This document shows, in pieces, positions 8,815-16,010 of a DNA stretch of 20,000 nucleotides. Made by a program: the position numbers and the translations under genes. This stretch comes from an uncultured virus (IMG/VR IMGVR_UViG_3300020048_000092) (Duplodnaviria > Heunggongvirae > Uroviricota > Caudoviricetes), in the IMG/VR virus record IMGVR_UViG_3300020048_000092; one strand, 5' to 3'. Positions within the stretch are counted from its first letter, which is position 1. Each line of letters starts with the position of its first letter. The notes beneath the pieces were generated by a model, which did no database searches, was not told the origin of the DNA, and saw only the letters and a list, made by a program, of their open reading frames with translations.

Positions 8815-8991
8815 ATGAAACGTGAATTAGATAAACTGGAAAATGAAGCAAATTATAGAATCAAAGTCGAAATGTATGATTTTGCTTTAGAAGGGGATGT
8901 ACTCACAGGTAAATTTATTAAAGCACATTGCCCTTTTGATATTTCAAAACGTGATGGGTTAAATACTTTTTTTGAAAAACTAAAAGCTTAA
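8815..8991 (+). CDS. small hypothetical protein (58 aa)
   Basis: ATG 8815 with SD AAAGGA; the ORF-track TTG start lies inside the ncRNA. Confidence 0.65.
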   Translation: MKRELDKLENEANYRIKVEMYDFALEGDVLTGKFIKAHCPFDISKRDGLNTFFEKLKA

Positions 8992-9001
8992 AGGAATTAA
9001 A

Positions 9002-9304
9002 ATGACTGGATTTAAAAAATTTGTAATTGCTGTAATTATACTATGTATTCTCGTTCTTTCTGGATACGTAGCATGGTTTATGGTAGGGGCTGAATATAGA
9101 AACAAAATAGCACGGACGCAAATATCGTTTCTTGATGGGGATTATTTAGTTATATATGACACTTTTCAAGGACGAAAAGAGTATGAAGTTCATGGTAAAA
9201 TAACCACAGATGAAAGAGGTTATTACTACTTCTGGGCAGCAACCCCAAAAGGTAAAAAATATAGACAAACACCTGTGATTAACACAGCAATAGAAGAATT
9301 ATAA
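9002..9304 (+). CDS. hypothetical membrane-anchored protein
   Basis: N-terminal hydrophobic helix FVIAVIILCILVLSGYVAWFMV; SD AAGGA. Confidence 0.7.
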   Translation: MTGFKKFVIAVIILCILVLSGYVAWFMVGAEYRNKIARTQISFLDGDYLVIYDTFQGRKEYEVHGKITTDERGYYYFWAATPKGKKYRQTPVINTAIEEL

Positions 9305-9309
9305 TACTT

Positions 9310-9391
9310 TAAAGGACCGAATTGTTATAGTTTATCCTTTTTTCTCATACAAAAAATTAAATAAACACTATAGCAGCTAACTTGTCCTTTA
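9310..9391 (+). ncRNA. Y-RNA/stem-bulge-like element, copy 3
   Basis: TAAAGGAC-C-GAA ... AACTT-GTCCTTTA; upper stem TTGTTATAGT/ACTATAGCAG followed by TTATC and a pyrimidine tract. Confidence 0.75.
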
Positions 9392-9395
9392 CTTT

Positions 9396-9469
9396 AGGGT
9401 AGTAGCTCCAATTGGAAGAGCATCGGACTCCAAATCTGACGGCTAAAGGTTCGAATCCTTTCTACCCTG
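9396..9469 (+). tRNA. tRNA-Trp(CCA)
   Basis: AGGGTAG/CTACCCT; TCGGA-CTCCAAA-TCTGA; T-loop TTCGAAT. Confidence 0.93.
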
Positions 9470-9525
9470 CAAGGCATTGTCAGAATTAGCCTCTGACGTA
9501 ATTTATTTTTATAAGGAAGTGTAAC

Positions 9526-9726
9526 ATGGTTAAAGGTACAGTAAAATGGTTTAACGAAGGCAAAGGTTTTGGGTTTATTTCAAGAGAGGGTGGTAGCGAT
9601 GTCTTCGTACATTTCACTGCTATTGAAGGAACTGGTTTTAAGAACCTCGCTGAAGGTGACAAAGTTTCTTTCGAAGTTGAAGATGGTCCAAAAGGTCCGC
9701 AAGCCAAAAGCGTCAGCAAGGCGTAG
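9526..9726 (+). CDS. csp: cold-shock protein (CspA family)
   Basis: GTVKWFN..KGFGFI (RNP1), DVFVHF (RNP2), GPKGPQA. Confidence 0.96.
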   Translation: MVKGTVKWFNEGKGFGFISREGGSDVFVHFTAIEGTGFKNLAEGDKVSFEVEDGPKGPQAKSVSKA

Positions 9727-9735
9727 GTGAACCTG

Positions 9736-9809
9736 GCCCGTATAGCTCAGTGGATTAGAGCAAGACGTTTCTACCGTCTAGGTCGTAGGTTCAAGTCCTA
9801 CTACGGGTG
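9736..9809 (+). tRNA. tRNA-Arg(TCT)
   Basis: GCCCGTA/TACGGGT; AGACG-TTTCTAC-CGTCT; T-loop TTCAAGT. Confidence 0.92.
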
Positions 9810-9877
9810 CAAGTAAACCATTATCAAATTCCCAATGATGATTTTGGGCAAAGACATAGGAGTTGTGTTAGGAAAAT

Positions 9878-10078
9878 ATGATCGAACTTAAATGTATTTA
9901 TAGTAAAACAGAAAACAAAACTTTTACAGAGTTACATGAAGAACTTATGGAAGTATATCAGAGTTATCCAGAATATCATGAAAAAGGTTTTATTAAAATG
10001 GTAGAGTTATTTGCGACAGATGATTTTTATCATTGCCATTATGTTGCTAAAGAATATCTTAAACAGAGAAAAATGTAG
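9878..10078 (+). CDS. small hypothetical protein
   Basis: 66-aa ORF, SD AGGA. Confidence 0.6.
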   Translation: MIELKCIYSKTENKTFTELHEELMEVYQSYPEYHEKGFIKMVELFATDDFYHCHYVAKEYLKQRKM

Positions 10079-10120
10079 TGTAAAAGCCCGGATGGCGAAA
10101 CTGGTAGACGCAAGGGACTT

Positions 10121-10807
10121 TAGAAGGATTAATTATTGTATAAAGATTGTAGAATATATGGACCATACACTGGGAAGGACGGTAGAAAACGTTTAGTACT
10201 TATTTACCCAGATGGAAGAAAGACTTCAGTATCATACCCAAAGTATCTAATGGAACTTAAATTACAAAGGTATTTTGAAGATAATGAGACTGTAGACCAT
10301 TTTGATGGTAATATATTTAATGATGACTATACTAATCTTATAGTTAAAGATAGATCAGCTCACGTTAAGGATGATGTTAAAAGATTAAAAGCACAAAAGT
10401 TTTCATGTCCACTGTGTAATAGTAAGTTCATACTTGTCGACAAAAAACTTGATTATGCCATATCTAATCGAAAACGTGGTAAAGTTGGCCCATTTTGCAG
10501 TAAAAGTTGTGCTGGTAAATATGGACAAAGTATTCAAATGGGAAATGATAGATTAGATGTTATTATGATAGAATCGATTTATACAACTAATAAAACCCTA
10601 CAGAGCCTTCATGTGGAAATGCATGAAGTGGACACCGCTAAAACGGGGAAACCTTAACAGGAAAGCTGATGGCAATCCCGTGCTAGGCGAAAGCCGAGTG
10701 TAGAGACTTTACACGGTGCACCTAAATCTTTTAAAGACAAGGTGAAGAGCAAGTCCAGACTACAAATGTGTTAAAACAACACAGCAGTGAAAACTGTAGT
10801 TAGTAAG
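10121..10807 (+). mobile_element. group I intron (trnL(UAA)/IC3-like) with HNH ORF
   Basis: Follows U34, ends in G10807. Core elements GAGCCTT...GGAAA...AAGTG, AAACGGGGAAACC, GGCAATCCCGTGC, GTGTAGAGACT, AAGAGCAAGTCC resemble the cyanobacterial/plastid trnL intron. Confidence 0.9.
10136..10657 (+). CDS. intron-encoded HNH homing endonuclease
   Basis: ETVDHFDGNIFNDDYTNL....RSAH HNH motif, then CPLC...FCSKSC zinc finger; TTG start with SD GAAGGA. Confidence 0.85.
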   Translation: MYKDCRIYGPYTGKDGRKRLVLIYPDGRKTSVSYPKYLMELKLQRYFEDNETVDHFDGNIFNDDYTNLIVKDRSAHVKDDVKRLKAQKFSCPLCNSKFILVDKKLDYAISNRKRGKVGPFCSKSCAGKYGQSIQMGNDRLDVIMIESIYTTNKTLQSLHVEMHEVDTAKTGKP

Positions 10808-10927
10808 AAAATCCCTCGGTGATTATCACTGTGCGAGTTCAAATCTCGCTCCGGGCACAATTTGTAAAAACGATTCATGGTGAATCAAAAAATTAATTAA
10901 ACGTTTTAAAAGGAAGGAGTTTTATCA

Positions 10928-11806
10928 ATGAAGATTAGATTTAGTTTATTTAGTACCCTTATGGCAATTCTTGTGTTAATGCTTATGTCAACTCATGCTT
11001 ACGCAGATTCTGGCGCAACGGTTATCAGAATGGCGACCGGCGGCACTGGTGGTTTTTATCATAACGGCCTTTTCACTGACTACAGGAATTCTGTAAGCAG
11101 GGTGAGCAACAAGAAATATGAACTCGTTCATGCGAATCCTGACGGCACCGACGGTACTTTGATGAATATTAAAATGGTTGCCGGCAACGATGCTGATATT
11201 GCAGTAGTTCAGATGTGCGGACTTGTTCTTGAAAATCCCGATGTTGAAGTTATCGGAGAAATTATGTATGAACTTACACATCTTGTATCTCCAAAAGGAT
11301 CAAAAGTAGATGAATTCTCCGATCTAGACAATGCCAAGAATTCTGTATCTTTGAATATGATGGGCGGAGCTGGTTTGACTTTCAGAGTATTTCAGAAAGA
11401 AGACAAAGATTATGCTAAAGCACAGGTCATGGATATGAAAGAAATTCCGCAAGCAGTAAATAAAATGACTTCGGGTGCTACAGATTCCTTGTTCTTTGTT
11501 TCGGCACCCGGCACTGAGGATATTGGAAGGCTTATTAAATCTGGTATGATTTTTCGTGATTTTGATGATGGTGATTTCGATGACTTTAAGTACGGCGGTA
11601 AACCACTTTATTCTTTTGTAACTGTTGGTCCTAAAGATGGCTACCCGAATAAGTTTAAAGCTCTTCGTGTTCCGGCAGTTATTATTGCCAATAAGAAGTT
11701 CATCATGGATAATCCCAAAATCTATACCATTTTGTTCGATGCTGCCCTGATGTCAAAGTCAAATATCCAGGCATCAAGAAAATTTACGTATTATCCTGAA
11801 AGATAA
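10928..11806 (+). CDS. TAXI-family TRAP transporter solute-binding protein
   Basis: Signal peptide ending AYA; IRMATGGTGGFYH, TDGTLMNI..V....ADIAVVQ, YELTHLV, DSLFFV. Confidence 0.8.
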   Translation: MKIRFSLFSTLMAILVLMLMSTHAYADSGATVIRMATGGTGGFYHNGLFTDYRNSVSRVSNKKYELVHANPDGTDGTLMNIKMVAGNDADIAVVQMCGLVLENPDVEVIGEIMYELTHLVSPKGSKVDEFSDLDNAKNSVSLNMMGGAGLTFRVFQKEDKDYAKAQVMDMKEIPQAVNKMTSGATDSLFFVSAPGTEDIGRLIKSGMIFRDFDDGDFDDFKYGGKPLYSFVTVGPKDGYPNKFKALRVPAVIIANKKFIMDNPKIYTILFDAALMSKSNIQASRKFTYYPER

Positions 11807-11818
11807 AATATAAAAGTT

Positions 11819-11883
11819 ATGAGAACCGAATATATGTGGTTTATCTTTGGCGAAAAATACCATATATGATAACTAGTTCTCAT
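11819..11883 (+). ncRNA. Y-RNA/stem-bulge-like element, copy 4
   Basis: ATGAGAAC-C-GAA ... AACTA-GTTCTCAT; upper stem TATATGTGGT/ACCATATATG followed by TTATC. Confidence 0.75.
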
Positions 11884-11887
11884 TCCC

Positions 11888-11970
11888 GCCGGCATTGCTT
11901 AGTGGCCGAAAGCACTGGTCTTGTAAATCAGCGGAGAAATCCCACGGGAGTTCGAATCTCTCTGCCGGCT
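11888..11970 (+). tRNA. tRNA-Thr(TGT) with long variable arm
   Basis: GCCGGCA/TGCCGGC; CTGGT-CTTGTAA-ATCAG; 14-nt variable region CGGAGAAATCCCAC. Confidence 0.88.
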
Positions 11971-11992
11971 CAAAAGGAAAGGAATTAAAAAA

Positions 11993-12256
11993 ATGAATGA
12001 ATCATGTATTTTTTGTAAGTCTACTGATCTGGTGACATTTAGTGAACATTATACTTTTTGTAAGAACTGTTCAGCAATATACACATTTAATGCTGTACAA
12101 GAAATAAACTGTACACATATAACAAAAGATTCTGCATGTGTTGAACGCCCAGCGTGGTTCAAAGCAGATAGAGACTCTGTAGCATATATCAAAGAGCTGG
12201 GGGATAGACAAGTTTGTTCTGTTTGTGGTGCCGAAGTAATAGCAGATGGATGGTAG
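11993..12256 (+). CDS. small Cys-rich putative zinc-ribbon protein
   Basis: CIFC, CKNC and CSVC motifs; SD AAGGA. Confidence 0.7.
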   Translation: MNESCIFCKSTDLVTFSEHYTFCKNCSAIYTFNAVQEINCTHITKDSACVERPAWFKADRDSVAYIKELGDRQVCSVCGAEVIADGW

Positions 12257-12321
12257 GAATAAACTAACCTCTATATATACAGAAAGTTTTTTTACTTTCA
12301 ATAAATTTTAGGAGAATTCAA

Positions 12322-12438
12322 TTGGAGCAACATTCATTATCACATATTATGTATTCATCCCATACTCCCAGTATGAATGGATCAATATGCCCAGAAGAAG
12401 ACGCGAATTATAATGGCTCTGGACGCTCCTATGATTAA
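12322..12438 (+). CDS. possible 38-aa peptide
   Basis: SD AGGAG followed by a TTG start and open frame; very short, uncertain. Confidence 0.3.
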   Translation: MEQHSLSHIMYSSHTPSMNGSICPEEDANYNGSGRSYD

Positions 12439-12465
12439 ATAATTACTAAAAGTTAATAAAAATCT

Positions 12466-12498
12466 AAGGGGAGCGGACAAAATCTGCTTCCCTTTTTT
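12466..12498 (+). terminator. intrinsic terminator
   Basis: GGGGAGCGGA-CAAAA-TCTGCTTCCC followed by TTTTTT. Confidence 0.8.
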
Positions 12499-12514
12499 AT
12501 TTGGAGTTTAAATT

Positions 12515-12739
12515 ATGTTTAAAGAAATATTAAAAAAAGCTAAAACTTTTTTTAAAGAAGTAATGAATGGTAATATGTTTAGTGTGTCAGATGATTGTTC
12601 ATTTCCGGTAGATACCAAAAAATATAAACAAGTGTCTGTCACCGAAACAACTTCCGCATTAATCGTGAAGAAAATGCCAAGGAAGCTTTCAAAACAGATT
12701 CCTGAAAGTAAAAGGCAAAAAATACCGTTTAAGAAGTAA
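12515..12739 (+). CDS. small basic hypothetical protein
   Basis: 74-aa ORF, SD GGAG. Confidence 0.6.
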   Translation: MFKEILKKAKTFFKEVMNGNMFSVSDDCSFPVDTKKYKQVSVTETTSALIVKKMPRKLSKQIPESKRQKIPFKK

Positions 12740-12746
12740 AAAATAT

Positions 12747-12834
12747 TCCGAGATACACTAATGGCAAGTGACGACACTGTTAATGTCGCGTATTCCCTTA
12801 ATTGGGTATGGTGGTTCAAGTCCACTTCTCGGAG
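12747..12834 (+). tRNA. tRNA-Asn(GTT) with long variable arm
   Basis: TCCGAGA/TCTCGGA, G73; CGACA-CTGTTAA-TGTCG; 21-nt variable region CGTATTCCCTTAATTGGGTAT. Confidence 0.85.
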
Positions 12835-12846
12835 CAAGAATAAAAT

Positions 12847-12928
12847 GCAGAGACACAGAGTATAGGTGAACTCAAGTGACTGTAAATCACCCGCTTCGGC
12901 TGTAGAGGTTCGATTCCTCTTCTCTGCA
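12847..12928 (+). tRNA. tRNA-Tyr(GTA)
   Basis: GCAGAGA/TCTCTGC; AGTGA-CTGTAAA-TCACC; variable arm GCTTCGGC; T-loop TTCGATT. Confidence 0.88.
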
Positions 12929-12929
12929 C

Positions 12930-12993
12930 AAAAGGACCGAACTGTTATAGTTTATCTTTGGTGAAACTACTATAGCTAATAACTTGTCCTTTT
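12930..12993 (+). ncRNA. Y-RNA/stem-bulge-like element, copy 5
   Basis: AAAAGGAC-C-GAA ... AACTT-GTCCTTTT; upper stem GTTATAGT/ACTATAGC followed by TTATC. Confidence 0.75.
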
Positions 12994-13019
12994 ACAAACA
13001 ACAAGGAGTTCACAATAGT

Positions 13020-13379
13020 ATGAGAAAATTACTTAAGCAATTAGAGAGACATACAAAAAATAGATTTGCTGAAGTTAGAGATACTGGAACTTATTTTGTA
13101 TCTAATGATAAGCGAATTCCAATCAAACATTTAATTAATGAGAAACCGAACGGATTTTATCGTCTTTGTCGTTACATTTGCGGCGGAAAAGAACATGGAT
13201 GTGCTATTGGAAAACCTGCACAAAAATGTATTGAGATGAGAATTGTTAATGGGAATTGTGGGAAATATGCATTAGAGAAAATAAGTAGTCAGGAGTTAGA
13301 TATTAAAAGCATAGTTGCTATAATTGAAGCATTTGATGGAGATATTGATTACAAAAAATACGAAAAATATTACAAGTAA
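13020..13379 (+). CDS. hypothetical protein
   Basis: ATG 13020 with SD AAGGAG; the ORF-track TTG start lies inside the ncRNA. Confidence 0.65.
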   Translation: MRKLLKQLERHTKNRFAEVRDTGTYFVSNDKRIPIKHLINEKPNGFYRLCRYICGGKEHGCAIGKPAQKCIEMRIVNGNCGKYALEKISSQELDIKSIVAIIEAFDGDIDYKKYEKYYK

Positions 13380-13399
13380 GTCCGTCTTAATAAACAATA

Positions 13400-13470
13400 G
13401 CGAGTATATGTCAGTGGTAGACTACTAGCCTTCCAAGCTAGGAACCTCGGTTCGAACCCGAGTACTCGCT
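13400..13470 (+). tRNA. tRNA-Gly(TCC)
   Basis: GCGAGTA/TACTCGC, U73; CTAGC-CTTCCAA-GCTAG. Confidence 0.92.
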
Positions 13471-13485
13471 CAAAAAGGAGTATTT

Positions 13486-13914
13486 ATGGAAAAGAAACCT
13501 CTTTTATGCAAGTTAGGAATTCATAAGTTTAAAAAAATACATGAGAATTCCTATAGTAATGAGATGTTACGTAGATTGGCTGTTCAGAAAGTAAAAGCTC
13601 AAAGAAAATGTCTACGTTGTAGTAAATTACAAGAACAAGAAATACACTGTTTAGGGCTAAACCCTCCTAAATATATTAGAGAATGGATAGATATAAAGAG
13701 TAATTGGGATCTTCCTGGATCAATTTGTGGTATACAGAGAATGGCGATCATGAATTTATCGGAAGAAATTAATCCAAACCAACCTGTGGAACAGTTTTTA
13801 AGGATTTTAGTAATGACTCCAGCTTGTGAGTTAAATAGAGATGTAGAATCTATAGAAGATTTAAGTTATGAAGAGGCTGTATATGTGATTAAAACAGCCA
13901 AAGCTTTGTTATAA
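13486..13914 (+). CDS. hypothetical protein
   Basis: 142-aa ORF, SD AAGGAG; LLCKLGIHKF...KCLRC putative metal-binding motif. Confidence 0.7.
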   Translation: MEKKPLLCKLGIHKFKKIHENSYSNEMLRRLAVQKVKAQRKCLRCSKLQEQEIHCLGLNPPKYIREWIDIKSNWDLPGSICGIQRMAIMNLSEEINPNQPVEQFLRILVMTPACELNRDVESIEDLSYEEAVYVIKTAKALL

Positions 13915-13931
13915 AATAAAAGCTTATAATA

Positions 13932-13953
13932 CGGGTAGTGGCCAAGTCTGGTA
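13932..13953 (+). pseudogene. 5' fragment of a tRNA (Pro-like)
   Basis: CGGGTAG-TG-GCC-AAGTCTGGTA reads as acceptor 5' strand plus D-arm start, then breaks off next to the HNH gene 3' end. Confidence 0.55.
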
Positions 13954-13980
13954 CGTGGTTTGTATTAATAAAACAATGAT

Positions 13981-14496
13981 TTAAACATCTTTCTGTTGAT
14001 TAATGAAAGTCATTACATATGTATCAATTTGGTCTTTAATTAGGTATTTATATTTACTATGCCAGTATCTGTGGTGTGTGGGACAGAGGGGAATTAGATT
14101 ATTTTCATGATTATTATTTCTATCCCCATCGTAATGATGGACCTCTACTATACGAAATTCAGAACAGATTACACATTTTTTAGGATGATATGTAAAACAT
14201 ATTTTTGAAGGCCCTTTTTCTGGAATGGAAGCATCCATTTTAGAGTAATCTTCCACAGATTTCCAATTTGGATTATTGATACCAGATCTAAAATGGGTAT
14301 TAGCACAACCGGTACTACAAGTTATGTTTGTTTTATAATTTTTAATCGGAGTTTTACAGATAGGGCACAGCTTTTTATTTTTAGGGTTTAAATAACAATG
14401 CTCTTCATGTTTTGGTAGACAACTAGAAGTAGTACGATGATTACAAAACTTACAGTTTTTATATACTTGATTACCTGTTAAAATAAATTTTGGCAT
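13981..14496 (-). CDS. free-standing HNH endonuclease
   Basis: CVIC....VEVHHYDGDRNNNHENNLIPLCPTHH; N-terminal zinc motifs and GINNPNWK; SD GAGG on the - strand; only credible - strand gene. Confidence 0.88.
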   Translation of the reverse strand: MPKFILTGNQVYKNCKFCNHRTTSSCLPKHEEHCYLNPKNKKLCPICKTPIKNYKTNITCSTGCANTHFRSGINNPNWKSVEDYSKMDASIPEKGPSKICFTYHPKKCVICSEFRIVEVHHYDGDRNNNHENNLIPLCPTHHRYWHSKYKYLIKDQIDTYVMTFINQQKDV

Positions 14497-14540
14497 AAAT
14501 AACCTCTACTATTAACGAGGTTAGTTAATTTGAAACATTA

Positions 14541-14615
14541 CGAGGAAGTGGTGAAATCTGGCTATCACGCATGCCTTGGGAGCATGAGATCGAGGTTCAA
14601 ATCCTCCTTTCTCGA
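14541..14615 (+). tRNA. tRNA-Pro(TGG), 8-bp acceptor / 4-bp T-stem
   Basis: CGAGGAAG/CTTTCTCG; CATGC-CTTGGGA-GCATG; GAGG-TTCAAAT-CCTC. Confidence 0.85.
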
Positions 14616-14635
14616 CAAGAATTAAGGAATTTAAT

Positions 14636-14830
14636 ATGAATAACGAAGAAATCTGTAAAGAAATGTACAAACAGTGGAAAAGGCTTAATGCTACAGTAAA
14701 TAAGGTTACAGCACAGTATAGGCACGGTACAAAAGTAACTGATAGAGCTCTCTATGAATTGTCAGAGAGACAAATTGACACTGAAGAACAAATGGTGAAA
14801 TTAAATAGTTTAATCAAAAATGAAAAATAG
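14636..14830 (+). CDS. small hypothetical protein
   Basis: 64-aa ORF, SD AAGGA. Confidence 0.65.
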   Translation: MNNEEICKEMYKQWKRLNATVNKVTAQYRHGTKVTDRALYELSERQIDTEEQMVKLNSLIKNEK

Positions 14831-14903
14831 GGGGCATAGTTCAGTTGGTTAGAACGCTTGCCTGTCACGCAAGAGGTCGCGGGTTCAAGTCCCGCTGTTC
14901 CCG
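14830..14903 (+). tRNA. tRNA-Asp(GTC)
   Basis: GGGGGCA/TGTTCCC, G73; CTTGC-CTGTCAC-GCAAG. Confidence 0.95.
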
Positions 14904-14925
14904 CAAACAATTACGGAGAATTATT

Positions 14926-15075
14926 ATGGACAATGAAAAAGATTATATAGAAAAAATAAAAATTGATATTAAGGATTTTATAGATAAAACCTGTAATGGT
15001 CCTAGTTCAGACACATATTGTCTACATGACTTAATAGATTTTTTAGAAGAAAAATACGGCGACGTAGTTCAATAG
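14926..15075 (+). CDS. small hypothetical protein (49 aa)
   Basis: ATG 14926 with SD GGAG; 3' end overlaps tRNA-Ile(GAT). Confidence 0.55.
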   Translation: MDNEKDYIEKIKIDIKDFIDKTCNGPSSDTYCLHDLIDFLEEKYGDVVQ

Positions 15076-15129
15076 GTAGAACCCTCGACTGATAATCGAG
15101 TAACAAAAGTTCGAATCTTTTCGTTGCCA
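15058..15129 (+). tRNA. tRNA-Ile(GAT)
   Basis: GGCGACG/CGTTGCC; CTCGA-CTGATAA-TCGAG. Confidence 0.92.
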
Positions 15130-15146
15130 CAACTTAAAAAAAAATC

Positions 15147-15304
15147 GTGCCATAATCCCTGTTCGAATTGGGGCAGTAGCAGACATTAAATGCTGTTGGG
15201 ACAATATAATATTTTAATGAATTAGCTAATAGTTTGAATATTATACCAATAAAACGAATTTGTCAGCGTTAGTTAAACGGTGTGGAAATTGGCTATTATG
15301 GCAC
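15147..15304 (+). ncRNA. putative structured ncRNA (~158 nt) with a T-arm
   Basis: Perfect 10-bp terminal helix GTGCCATAAT/ATTATGGCAC; CCCTG-TTCGAAT-TGGGG; CAGTAGCA/TGCTGTTG; TATAATATTT/GAATATTATA; CCAAT/ATTGG. Confidence 0.65.
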
Positions 15305-15317
15305 AAACATTATATTT

Positions 15318-15390
15318 GGGGTGATAGCTCAAATGGGGGAGCACCTGCCTTGCACGCAGGAGGTTGTGGGTTCGATGCCCACTCATTCCA
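15318..15390 (+). tRNA. tRNA-Ala(TGC)
   Basis: GGGGTGA/TCATTCC with G3-U70; CCTGC-CTTGCAC-GCAGG. Confidence 0.94.
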
Positions 15391-15426
15391 CAAGACCAAT
15401 AATAATAATTAAAAAGGAGTAGGATC

Positions 15427-15996
15427 ATGACAACAGTAAGTAGAATCGTAGCAAAAAAAGTAATGTCAGTAATTAACGAAAGTAACGAAAATTTAGAGCT
15501 CCAAGAACATGAAGTACTAAGCTTTAATGTTATGGAGACAGCCATCACACCAAAGTTACCAAAAGTTTCCCCAAGATTCGGTATTAATGACTTGGGTAGT
15601 AGTAAAGTGGAATTGGTATATGATGATAAAAGTACCAAAACCATCAGAATGACAAGTATTGAACCAGAAAACAAACGTAGACCATTTCTAGGTGTACTAT
15701 CAAGGATTGACAAAGAGTGTCGCAGAAGTTTGGCAGTGCCGGGGCCGAAATCCTTAGTATTAAATTCTATGGTAACCAGGCATATACCTACTGATTCAGT
15801 TTGTTTATGGAGACGCTCAGCTATGAAAGATTACGATGGGCACACCGTATTTAGACTTCAACTGCGTAAAGTAGACGGTGCTAATGCTGATAGCGTTAAC
15901 TTTAGTCGAGTAGCACGACTTGGAGATGAATTCATGGAAAAAATTTGCAAGATGCGGAAGACACTGGACGTCTTCAAATGCGCTTACGAAAAATAA
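15427..15996 (+). CDS. hypothetical protein
   Basis: 189-aa ORF, SD AAGGAG. Confidence 0.75.
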   Translation: MTTVSRIVAKKVMSVINESNENLELQEHEVLSFNVMETAITPKLPKVSPRFGINDLGSSKVELVYDDKSTKTIRMTSIEPENKRRPFLGVLSRIDKECRRSLAVPGPKSLVLNSMVTRHIPTDSVCLWRRSAMKDYDGHTVFRLQLRKVDGANADSVNFSRVARLGDEFMEKICKMRKTLDVFKCAYEK

Positions 15997-16010
15997 ACAA
16001 AAAAATAAGG

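Larger units (their letters stand above)
10086..10857 (+). tRNA. tRNA-Leu(TAA), exons 10086-10120 and 10808-10857, split by a group I intron
   Basis: Joined exons give GCCCGGA/TCCGGGC acceptor, AGGGA-CTT|AAAA-TCCCT anticodon arm, long variable arm and T-arm. Confidence 0.93.

Noticed and set aside
10011..10196. 61-aa + strand ORF; also 5243-5437 and the 5' extensions of ORFs at 8734, 12984, 14845, 17134 and 18250
   Set aside because: They run through tRNA or structured RNA sequence or overlap upstream genes. Downstream ATGs with SD sites are better starts.
5725..12993. Repeated elements read as CRISPR repeats, REP/MITE elements or terminators
   Set aside because: They are dispersed with no spacer periodicity and no visible target-site duplications. 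Stems vary while the internal bulge and loop motifs are conserved, and they do not resemble short GC hairpins with U-tracts.
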